From contig NW_013546121.1 of assembly GCF_000760515.2 (NCBI RefSeq), positions 1-64,000 on the forward strand: DNA of 64,000 nt, given 5' to 3'. A model generated the notes under the pieces. That model had not been told where the DNA came from. It saw only the letters and a program-made list of their open reading frames with translations, and did no database searches. Origin of the DNA: Mitosporidium daphniae (taxonomy: Eukaryota). Below are positions 26,249 to 37,697 of the stretch, piece by piece (within the stretch, counting starts at the first letter, position 1; the number at the start of each line of letters is the position of its first letter). The translations under genes were made by a program, and so were the position numbers.

Positions 26249-26878
26249 ATGCCCAAGCCTTTGGTGTCCGCTTTAGACGACGAGGCTTTGGAACACAATA
26301 TCATTGCCGAGTCCTTTCGCCATCACTTTGAGCCGACATATCAAAAGTATCTTATCGATAATGAGTCGCCTCCCTCGCTTCCGTTTCAATTTGAACATCT
26401 GGATCACACTGCAGATCTTCAGATTCATTCTTGGGGAAATACCCTTTCTGAGGCATTATCGTGTTGTGTTTATGGCCTTTCCTCATATATGGCAGATATT
26501 TCTAAAGTTTCCTTGAAACAAATGAAAATATTTTATTGTCCCGGTAGAAAATCGCTTATTAATGTATCTGTAGGGGCGTCCCCTGAGGATTTGGCGTATA
26601 GATTACTTTGCGAGTCTTTGAATCTGTTCCATGAGTCTTTGTTTCTGATCAGGCACATTGAGCTTAAATTTGTTGATAAAAACTCGTATTCCCTGGTGGC
26701 AGCATGGTAATTAAAATTTCCTAATTCTTGAAGCTTCGGTGAATGTTTCAACGCACATTATCACACTCCCGGAACGGAGATCAAGGCAATCACTTTGTCA
26801 AATTTGCAAGTGTCAACGAGCTCCTCTCTTGCAACTGGGTCCACAAAGTCCGACATATTTGTCATTGTGGATATATGA
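26249..26878 (+). CDS. Archease (RtcB tRNA ligase cofactor)
   Basis: FEHLDHTADLQIHSWG, spliced GTEIKAIT, C-terminal FVIVDI*; two introns. Confidence 0.93.
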
Positions 26879-26996
26879 TGGCTATTTCGCATCGTCGACA
26901 TACCAGGAGCATTTTCATGTACATCCTCCATTAACATAAAGCTTTCACGAAAGTTTATTCATAAGCCACTCAAGTTTGGCTGGTGAAAATTGGATT

Positions 26997-27881
26997 TTAC
27001 ACGAGAGTTTCTTTGTATTTCTCCCAAAAAGACTCTGAAATGATGTCTTCATGTAAAATGTGCGTCGAGTTGTCTTTTCCAAATGAAAGTCGAATGATGG
27101 TCGAGCCTTTTTTGAAAATCTCCTCCTCCGTATTATAATTGATGTTGAATTGGGAGAAAAGAATTTCGTGCTTGTCTTTGCTTTGCGTATTCTAGACACT
27201 AAATGGCCAGTGGAATTACCATAAGTTTCTTTTCGGCTTGCATGGGTGAAAGATTTCCCTTTTGGACCAAAGCCCAAAAGCAAGTATTGTACAAGTTATT
27301 AATGTGGCCTAAGACATAATGATAAATGTTTTCAGCCTACAATCCACTTGACGCCAAGAAAGATAATCTCGAATGTGCTTTAGCGTGGGATAAAGCACAA
27401 TTCTCCCATCAAAGGTGGCAGGATATAACATTGGCGTTTGCTCGAAAAACTCTCCCCAATGGAACATATAGACAGCGGTAAATGTAGACACAATGGTGGA
27501 GAGGATTTTGCTAAAAGATAAGTAATAAATGATGGGTTGGTAAAATACGCGGACCGCCTTTCAAAAAGAGACGTAGATGGCCTCAAGACAAAGCTAAAAA
27601 AAGCGACAGTGGAAGAACCTGTATTCATCGGACTGGCCATAGGCTATGATAATATCGGCAAACGAGCTCATAAGGCTTTGAGCAGCCCTATTCATGAGTG
27701 CAAGCGCCCGTTTGTCGTTGGGCTTTGTGAAGCAGTGCTTTTCAGAAAACCTAGTCAGAAAGATTGGATGGCAATACTTGTGAAAAGAACGGCCATCAAT
27801 TCGTACCACCAAGAAAATGTCTTTCAGAAGGTGGTCTTCGATCTCAAAGGTACGAATGTATTCAAATTTGGAATTGGCCAT
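26997..27881 (-). CDS. THG1: tRNA(His) guanylyltransferase
   Basis: [65 protein letters not shown]; five introns. Confidence 0.97.
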
Positions 27882-27893
27882 AAAAGTAATCGA

Positions 27894-27913
27894 TTAATTA
27901 ATTAATTAATTAA
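27894..27913. repeat. (TTAA)n palindromic run just upstream of the THG1 start
   Basis: ttaattaattaattaattaa seen directly. Confidence 0.75.
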
Positions 27914-27962
27914 CTGAGTTCATTTGAGACACCAAATGTAGCGATTGATACAAAAAAGACGT

Positions 27963-29397
27963 TTATTGGTTCAGTGCCATCCTTTTTAAGATATCTGTGA
28001 CAGAGTCTTCCTTTAAATGTGCCGGCAAAGCCCGTTCTTTTTGAACGGTCGGAGGTTTTAACTTTTGAGGCTCGTGTGATGATGATGCTTGGGAGATGGG
28101 TAGGGGCAATTTTGAACGCCTTTCTCCTTCAAGAAGATTTTCCAATTCCTCCTCAAGCTGGATTTCCTCTTCAATTTCTGATGTGGATATTGGAGTTAGC
28201 AGGGAAGATATTTCCTTCTGCTAGGAAATGAGCTCATTAATGTCTAAATAGAGGGTATCAATATCCTCTTTGCTATCAACAGACGATAGAAGATTCTTCA
28301 AAGTAGAAGACCCAAGTTGCAGGGATCGACCCATTTCCTTGCTACTCACGGCAAATCTAATTGAGTTTATGATTTGGTATATGTTGTTCTTGTTGTTTTG
28401 CAAGGCATCCTCGTAGCTGAGCAGGGAATTCTTCCGCCTTAGTAGAGCCAAGCATTTTGTCTTGTTGTGCAAATTGTTTTTAATTTCTGTCAATAGCTGT
28501 TCTTGCTCCGCTTCAGACTTTTCAATTTGCGAGCTTACAAGCCGAAGGGTAAGCTTTAGCGAACAGATGTTAGTAACGGTCGATTTATCTGCCATCATGG
28601 CCTTTGAGCCATCATTGGACACTAATATTACCGGTTCCTAAATTGGGAATGCCCAATATGTTACCTTTGGGTTGGTAGTCTCAAAGATTGTAATCGGCTT
28701 GCCAAATGTTTTCAAGAAATGCAAAAGAATTCTAAAATCAAGAGAGCCCGGCGAACTAAACGTAGCTGGGATCCCATTCTCTTGAGAAATTTTATTGCAA
28801 AGTTCAAGAAGATCTAGATGCGAAAGCGATGAATCGATGATGTCCGCAGTTGCAGGAAGAGAGGCAAAAACAAGATGCGCGAATTTCTATGCAAAATATT
28901 AAATCTTGGCTTACTTGAAGATTTTCAATCACCACAATTGTAGAATCTGGGGGAATTTCCCTGGAATATTTCCCATCTGAAAATGGGCTTAAGAAAGACC
29001 TAAAAAGGTTCCTAATAAGACCTTGAAAAAGGGAATCCCTTTTGTTGGTCGGGATTTTCAATGAAGAGGCTGTAAAAAAGTCATGCTTTGTGTAGAAAAG
29101 ACCCTTTTCCATTTGGAATGAAATGACTGTTGGAAGCCCAAGAGGAGAAATCCCCTTTCTTCTGAACGCAACGGGAAGTGTTGCCACTTCAAACGAGAAA
29201 ATAGATGTCTCCTTTGCAGGGAGCATTCCCCGATACGAGGTGTACAATATCAGCGGGTACCAAAAGTTAATTTTATACATCCAGCTCTCCAAGTCTTCTT
29301 CTTCAAAATTCCTATTTCGAAATGACGAAAAGAGCGCGCCGCATTTTTGATCGTCGGCCCATTCGGGCAGGCCTCTCAGGTGTTCTTGAAGTGACAT
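27963..29397 (-). CDS. CHMP7: CHMP7/Chm7 ESCRT-II/III hybrid protein (contains an in-frame TAG)
   Basis: N-terminal ALFSSFR..KINFW..FRRKGISPLGLPTV (CHMP7 winged-helix region) followed by a Snf7 domain (LALLRRK..LEEELENL); two GT-AG introns; TAG at 28221-28223. Confidence 0.82.
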
Positions 29398-29475
29398 TGG
29401 CCCAAGGAGTTTAAATTAATTTTAAACTTTAAGCTTTGATTTTTTATAGCCCAAAGTAAGCATGTATTTGGTTAA

Positions 29476-29975
<500 letters not shown>

Positions 29976-30052
29976 GCAAATAAACTATACTTAATGAACT
30001 CATAACTGAACCCCATACTTTGCAATTTTTCGTGCTTGCGTGCATGTATCCA

Positions 30053-30067
30053 TGTGTGTGTGTGTGT
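30053..30067. repeat. (TG)n microsatellite
   Basis: tgtgtgtgtgtgtgt seen directly. Confidence 0.8.
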
Positions 30068-30121
30068 CGATGTTTGGTTGTAAATTGTCCAAATTGGTTG
30101 ATTTTAAATTGTTGGTTCTAA

Positions 30122-31095
30122 ATGCAGAGTGGGCGCTCCATGGCCCTATTGATTCTGGACGTAAATGTAGCTTCCTGGAAAGAGGTTTTAGATGCTGAAG
30201 CATTTTCCATCCTGCTCTCTTCAATCGTCTCTCTCTCTAGGTTTATCCGCTCACTCTCATTTGCAAGTTGTGTTGAGATTTTGGCTGCTCCAAACTTTAT
30301 TACAGCACCCTCGGAACATGTCAACATTGACGCTCTCCCCTCAGCGGTCCCCTCTTCATGGATTCGTGCAGAAGAGACCTTTTTCTCCCAAGTTAATGAT
30401 ATTGTGTCCCAAGACGCCCCCGCTTTAATGGCGACCTTTTCTTTTTTGCCGGCTGCATTGGCAAGGAGCCTTTCTTGTAAATTTTCCATTTTGGCTCTAT
30501 TTTGTAGACTTGAATAAGACAAACCATGGGGGTCCCTCCAGAATTGTTTTCTTTTCCGCGGCCAAGGAGGATCCTCGGACATATGTTTCCTGGATGAATG
30601 CCATCTTGTGCGCTCAACGCATGGTACCGTTAGATATGCTTCATTTTTATTTGTTCATAGCCCCTCCCTGTCTTTTTGTAAATTTTAGAACATCCCCATC
30701 GACTGCTGGACACCCTGCAAGGAGCTGGACAAGGGATACCTTGCCCGAGCATCACACCTGACCGGCGGTCGACTGTCCGTGTTCTCTGTCGACGATATCA
30801 CCTTGCTTGCATCTAAAATGATCGTAGGAGCTTTATGTAGCCTTTTCATAGGCAACATGGCTATCTCTGCCCTCCTCTTCTGGAAGGGGCAAGGGAATAA
30901 CTTTGATTGATCACAGAATGGTCTGCTTTTGCCATCAGAAGCCTGTGCAAATGGGGAACGTCTGTCCCATTTGCCTAGCTATTTATTGCTCGTTCATTCC
31001 TGTATGTCAAATGTGCAGGTACTTTATAGCCGTCTTTATTTGGTAGGAGCAAATTTGAATTTGAGCGTCAGCCGATAAAATCAACAGCAAGATAG
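30122..31095 (+). CDS. TFB4: TFIIH subunit Tfb4/p34
   Basis: vWA-like LLILDVN, ALARSLSYLN, YVSWMNAILCAQR, C-terminal CFCH..VCPICLAIYC..CQMC zinc finger; four introns. Confidence 0.88.
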
Positions 31096-31317
31096 TAGTG
31101 TGTGTGGCTTGGTGATCTCAAGAAGCTACGTTTGTGCCGTAAGAGTATATATTATGATATGCCGATATCACAAGTAACTAATTCATAAATTGTCACAAGC
31201 GCGGTTGATAAATTAAACAAACGCTTACTTCAGCTAGAAAGAGTGAGGAGTTGTTGGGCGAGTGCACCATTAGTAATATTTGGTGCGAAAACTGATATGC
31301 AGGGTCCTTTCCAGATT

Positions 31318-33907
31318 TTAATGGCCTGCATTTTTGTCCGACCTTTTGTATCCAAGTCTATGGAGATAATCCTTTACAAACTGCTTCATTTTAGAACCGT
31401 GTTTCTCATCAAGCACATAGGAATGAGGAGGCGGTACTCCCTCCTTGCTTCGTATTTCCTTTTCAAGAAGAGAATGGGAAATCTACATACAACCATTGAC
31501 ACAATGCACATACCTTTCTATTTAGTTTCTTAAACATGTCAATTTCCATTTGCTTCTGATATCGGTTAATAATTGACGAAACAAGATTGGCGATCTATAA
31601 AAATTAGAAGGATCGGAACATACCAGAGTCTTCAGCAATTTCATCCACGCCGTGCGATATACTCCGGTGGCAGGTGATTCTCCGGCTCGGGAAAAATGAC
31701 TGCCATGACCATCATCATCAGTATCGCTACCATTACCATCGCCAAAATGCTTCATTTGATTAGCGCTATTTATGGATGCCGAGATGGTAGCCTTTCGAAT
31801 GATATGTTGAAGCTGAATAGGGCTAATAAGCACCGAGGTCTGGGGCGATGTAAACTTGAAGCTTTTATCATCGCAAATAGTTTGGGACACATTTGTGCTG
31901 TCTGGAAACGATGTGGGGCAGTCAGCTGCCGAATTTCCACCTGTATGGAGATGAGGAGGCTTTTTGACGTTCTTTTCACTTCGCTGTGAGATTGCAATAT
32001 CTGGTGCTTTTGAATGGTGCCTTTTCAATGAGTTTAAAGTATTATCCATCAGATTGGAAAAGAGATCAGAAGACCCCGAATGCTGTGAAGGAGAACAGGG
32101 TGATCTGGTAAAAAAAGGCTTTATACTTTCAGAGTTTGTCATGACGGCAGATGAGGAGCCATCTAGATTGTTGCTGTAAGAAAAAATAGCAACCTCCTTG
32201 TTGGGTTGTTCTTGACTCAAGGCCGCATTACCCCAACCGGTGCTATAATTTTGGGTATTGTCCCACGAAAGGTTAGTGCCACCATCGTCCCATTGACTTG
32301 TTCCATTTGAAGCAGGCTGAGCAAAAAAGCCTTCACCAACCGTATTGATACGAGTATCTGGGGAGTCGTTAGAATTATAAGGCCTTTGTGAGCGATCACC
32401 AATGTGACTAGGCGTCGGGGGTTTTTCAGACACAGATGTTGAGAACGGCGTCGCAATTTCGTCAAGTTGATGGGTTCTTTTTGGTATTTTGAAAATCCTC
32501 GGAAGCAAGTTCCATTTATCAAGAAGAGATCTTGACAATTGATAAAGCGCGTATTTATCCGAATTTTCATCCGGAGGTTTTTGGCCTTCAAACAGGGATT
32601 CTATGGCCACATCAATTCCGGCTTCTTCGATTTTATTTCGAGAAGAAATCGGACATTTGGATAGCACGCTCAAAACGTAATACACAATAGAAGGCTCGTT
32701 CTTGTACAACGACATCAGGGTTTTAAAAATTAGCAAACCATGTAACTGGATGAATCTTTTCAGACAAACAAACGAGGTAGTCGCCTACAGCAATAAAACA
32801 ACGCAAAATACATTCAAAATTTGGAGCTGACGCTGGAGCGGACCTACTGATTCGATAACGATCAGTTTTTTTAATAGAGCAGGTAAAAGGGCGGGATTTT
32901 CGATGCCCTTGGGCTCCATAAATACACTCGAGGATTTTCTCCTGAATTTAACGGGGGCTTTTGCATACTCGCTATCCGCCGCGTCTTCATCATCTTCTTC
33001 CTCTTCCTCCTCCTCCTCTTCTGTAGAATCCTCATTTGAATCGGTAGGTTCGCGGCGAGAGGCTTTTTTTCTAGATTTTGAAGATTCTCTTCCAATGAAT
33101 TTTTTGCAATTTGGCTCTCCACAATGGCAAAGTTGGGCGCCCTTTTCGTTTCCAAAGCGTTGAAACTTGTAGTCAAAGGTTAGCTCGGTGTTTGGAGCAA
33201 TATCTTTGATGGAAAAGATGCCAATCCTCATTTGATTTTCGACAATCCATTTTTGGGTCTGGCAATTCGGGGCGCACGAATGGTTCATGAATCTAGAAAT
33301 ATTTCCTTTTTTTGAAGCATCTATAATCTAAACAGAACAGAAAAACAAGGATACCTGTTCTGAGTTTAGAGTCATAAAGTAAAAATGGGAATCGTCCCCC
33401 AATTTGGCGATACGCTCATTCATGGTGTCGGGAGAGAGAATCTCGCCAACATATTCCATTATAAAGCTGCCTAACGGTATAAAAGAGCGCGTGCGAAGCC
33501 CACAGCCTTTTCCTGGGGACTCGATAACCTCAAGATCGGATGCATATGCCCTCTTGATAAATAGTTTATTCTGGCAAAATCTTCCCGCCGGACAATCTTC
33601 ATTGCATTCCATGAATAAAAGCTTGTTGATGCAGGAGGAATTCTGGTCGCATGCCCCGATTTTCTGGGAGCATTCACAGGGAAGCACAGAGTCAACAAAC
33701 GAATGGCCGCCGGCTAGGGAGTACTTTGGCGCAATGAACGCTATTGTAAAGAATATGGATGTTTGCGGCCTACATGAATAGTCATTTGTAAAAATGCTTA
33801 TAAATGGCTTTGCAGAGGCAGGTATGGGATGATCATTGTAAGGCTTGCTGGCATTTCCTGATCAAATAAACGATACCATGTACCGTACCAGTGGGAAAGT
33901 TGGTCAT
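31318..33907 (-). CDS. SET2: Histone H3K36 methyltransferase Set2
   Basis: AWS Cys cluster, SET motifs EYVGE, RFMNHSCAPNC, ELTFDY, post-SET CHCGEPNC, C-terminal SRI-like KMKQFVKDYL; several short introns. Confidence 0.92.
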
Positions 33908-33954
33908 AACCAAAAAATTAAAATTTAAATAAATTTCATCAACTACGGAACAGC

Positions 33955-34216
33955 ATGGCCATTGCCCCAAATCTTTTTATCACGCAGCTATATGGAAAGG
34001 GTGTCACCGTCAAGACCAATGCAGGGCTCTCGTTTACAGGTAAGAGCGAGTCTCATTTGAGGTGTTCTTTCTTCGCTAGATGGCAATATGAATCTTGCCC
34101 TGACCGACTGTAAAGAATATTTTCACGGGGAAGAGAAAAAGACGTACAAAAGCGCATTCATCCGTGGAAACAATGTACTATACATCAATGAAGGGATTTC
34201 CTCAAATGCGTTTTAA
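33955..34216 (+). CDS. LSM6: Sm-like protein Lsm6
   Basis: Not in the ORF track; spliced over a 22-nt intron gives GVLSSLDGNMNLAL..AFIRGNNVLYI. Confidence 0.88.
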
Positions 34217-34288
34217 TTAAACGGTTATTTGCCTTTGAACGCAAACATAGTTTCCTCCTACGTATATATGTACATAAAGACGCCAAAA

Positions 34289-37200
34289 TTACCAGTCCTC
34301 CCAGGACTGGTGGGAAACAACACTTGGGGAAGCACAGGCGACGGAGCCAGCAGGGGATACCACCTTAAAGGGATCTTCTACATCGATGAGCCTATCGATT
34401 TTAAAATCGCTCGGATTGAACTCGAGGATCGCAACCACTGGACGATGATCGGAATTGACAACGTCCTCAAGCCATGTATAGGCAATCAGGTTCTAGTACA
34501 CAAATAACACGACACGGAATACCATTTTTTCGGCTTGAAATAGAATTCTATCTGTCCACCCGGGGATTCGAGATCTAGGGGCTTAGCAAGGCTTAATGCT
34601 TACGACAAATCATACGTGTTCGCGTTTGAGGAGAACTTGTACGTAGGTGGAAATGAGATTGCACCCTCCTTAAAGTCATCAAAAATAGCCCCGGATTGCT
34701 TTTCTTTGAGCAGCTAGTTAGGGTTAGGGTTAAAAAGGCGAAACCTGGTCATTTGGAAGCAGCGACAATAACCACTCCGTTGAGATGTTGTCCATTTTAA
34801 ATGCATCCAAGGGAACATCTATCCTGTAGTTCAGATCTCCCATCCAAATGATATTACTAGCATAAAATACAGAACCATACGAATGGCAATCAATGGAAAG
34901 CCCGGAGGGAAATACGGTGTCGTTGAAAACGGAATAGTATTCTCTATTACGAAGGGTCACGTTGTCATGTCCAGATGAAAAATGAGAATTAATGAAGCAA
35001 AAACTGGTGCCAATTTCAAGCTCAAAGCGCAACCCGATGGATCCTTTGTTTCCCGTAACACCGCCAAAGCCAGTCTAGTCATAGAGATGGGAGCCGGAAT
35101 GGGGATACCTTTTTTACAAAGCGCTCTACCTTTCTTATTTGTGGAAGCAACGGCTTAGATATGATTAGGATCATAACTAGCCCAACCATCTGAATGGAGG
35201 AAAGGAAAATGTATTTGGTTTTGGGGAAAAATCCGGTTAAATATTTTTCAATGTGGCTTTCCCACATGGATGCCAGAGAAGTATCATCTGAAGTTAACAC
35301 CTGAAGCAATGAGATCAATGTGGTACCTGGTGAGGAGACAGCTCAACAGCCTCTTGTAGCGATATGACAAACATATCTGGCGCTTGGTCATCTAGCTGTA
35401 ACAAGAAATTGCCTTACTGCAGGCTTTCCAAAGCGGTCTTAAAAGCATGCCGAAATTTATATGCTCAGGCAGCTCACCGCCAATATTATAGGTGCAGCAA
35501 TAAATTAATAGGTTAAATTTGGGCGCACAAAGCGGCATTTCGTCTTCAAAATGGCTATCACGGCATTCGGTAAAAGGCGAGTCGATGTTGAGAGCAGCTT
35601 TGTCGGAGAACAAATGAATTTTGGACGGACCCTTGCCCAGAATATAGTCGATCAGTTTCTGTCGATACTTATCTTGAAAAGTATTCACATAGAACCGTTG
35701 CGTGGATTTCTTCAAATCATCGACGATCCCATAAAGGGTCCTTTTCCCGGTGCGAGTAAATCCGGATTTCAAGGCCCCCGTTCCCGTATATAAAAAAGAA
35801 AGCGCATCTCCGTTATCTGCCCATGCACAGTTGAACTTGGAAGAAAACGACGATGTAGACGAAACTGTGCTTAAAATGGATCCGCCCCCCACTTGTAAAA
35901 GTATGTGCTTCAAAACGGATTGTGAAATAAGCGACTGAATGACGTTAGTCCTATCTAGGCAATCAAGACAATTGATGCGAAAGACGCCTTTCTGTGTAGA
36001 CAGAATGGCCGATCGATTCTTGTCAAAAATAAAAAGCCCGATATTTTCGATGAAATTTACCGTGATCACGGAGGACAGTATTGCAGCAAGCGAGTCATAA
36101 GCAACTCCCCCGAGTACAGAATTCATGTCAAATGGAACATAGTGGATTGAAGAGCCAGCGGGTGTTTTGGATAGCATTTGTATATGCCTATAAAAGCGAC
36201 GACTAAGCGCATTTTCGGGCTGATTAATATCCGAAGACAGGAGATTGACCACGTAGACCGGGGAAGAATACATATGAAGCAGATCACTAAAATGCTCCCT
36301 AAATGAAAGGTCGCTGGCATCCAAGCTTCGCGTAAATTGTATCTTGTGGTTTCCAATTTGGAAGCCCTGTTGCTCCCAAAACACTAAACAATTATTGCTT
36401 GTTCAATTTGAGCTCACCTGGCACGGAACCCCTGACTGAGGCGAATGAAAAAAGTTTTCCGTCCGTCTCCAAAATCATTTCGGTCTCCACAAAATTGGCA
36501 GTATTTCCGTCATCGTCAACTCCTCGTGTCAAGAACCTGGTTCCGGCTCTTTTCGAGCCGACCCGTGAAATTAACAAGAAAGAATTGCTACTGTCAAGGG
36601 TGGAGGTTTCATCAAACGATATAGTTAACGACGGTAAGGTGGCATTCTTGGAATATTTGGAGCCCGATGTTCCAGATGCACCAAGACCCAAACGAGTCGA
36701 TGCCATTCTTAGTGCACTGGAAATACTGGATTTTACCAGCGAGTTGAGGCTATATTTTTTCATGCTCAATTCCTCGACATTATCGGGCATTTCTTCCGCT
36801 GACTCTTCGCCGGTTAAGAAAAATTGCCCAACATATCCTCTGATAATATGAATTCGAAAAGGAGGCGAAGAAAACGCTTCGGTTAGTCGGGGCTCGGCCG
36901 ATGAATTACTTTTAAAAAAGGAAATGAAAGGCTCAATAAGATATTCATTCCAACAAAAGTGTGAAAGGCAATCCGGAAATACTGGCGAAGGCGGATAGGG
37001 TGCCAACCTCTTTTGTGTCAAAAGAGAAAGGTTGGAGGAAAGCGAAAAATAAAATGTACCATCGCTTAAAACCTTCAGGATGTCAATACAAGAGGCAGAT
37101 TTCTCCACGGACGCCTCAGAAATCGAGGACGCCCATGGAACGGGGGAAAATAAATCATACTTTGCATCAGTTAACGAAATGGCCTCGACATGGTTAATTT

Positions 37201-37558
37201 GATACATGGGATCGCCAAGCGTAACAGCTATTGGCGTGGCCCTGGAAATCAAAAGGATATATGCCAGGCGATCAATCTGAAGGCACCCGAGCAAGCCAAA
37301 ATATGGCGAAGAATTCACTTGCACATAGCCCTGTGGGAAGGTGTCGTCCAGCTCGACAGAAAGAAGAGCGCCCGTGCATTGGATGGTGCTGGAGGAAGAG
37401 GGCAATGGGTCTGAATGTTTTATAAAAAACCGCAAATCCAATTGCCGATCCGAATTGTACGCAAGACAAATGATTCTGCTCGAAAAAGAGGGCGTGCACT
37501 TCACGTGGACATTAATGCCACGGAAATAATCAGGCGCAGCCAGAAAATCTTCGCTCAT
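34289..37558 (-). CDS. Synaptojanin-like Sac1 + inositol 5-phosphatase (Inp52/53 type)
   Basis: RAGTRFLTRGVDDDGNTANFVETE, RGSVP, RINCLDCLDRTN, IWMGDLNYR, PGWTDRIL, SDHRPV; about eight introns. Confidence 0.93.
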
Positions 37559-37697
37559 TTATTTAAATTGGCGAATTTTAAATGAAAACTTTTAGGCCCA
37601 CTTGATCCATTGTCAAATCAAATTGAACCTACCTTTTTGGTAGCTGCATTATCAATAGCTTAATAGATCAATTCCCTGAAGACTTTTAACTACTTTG

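Noticed and set aside
28221..28223. Genome-wide stop-codon reassignment (TAG=Gln, as in some aphelids)
   Set aside because: PRE7, RPL40 and TFB4 end at TAG at their expected C-termini, and long ORFs contain no internal TAG/TAA
34714..34732. TAACCCTAACCCTAAC (minus strand) as a telomerase template or interstitial telomere
   Set aside because: Lies inside a ~31-nt synaptojanin intron and doubles as the CTAAC branch point before TAG
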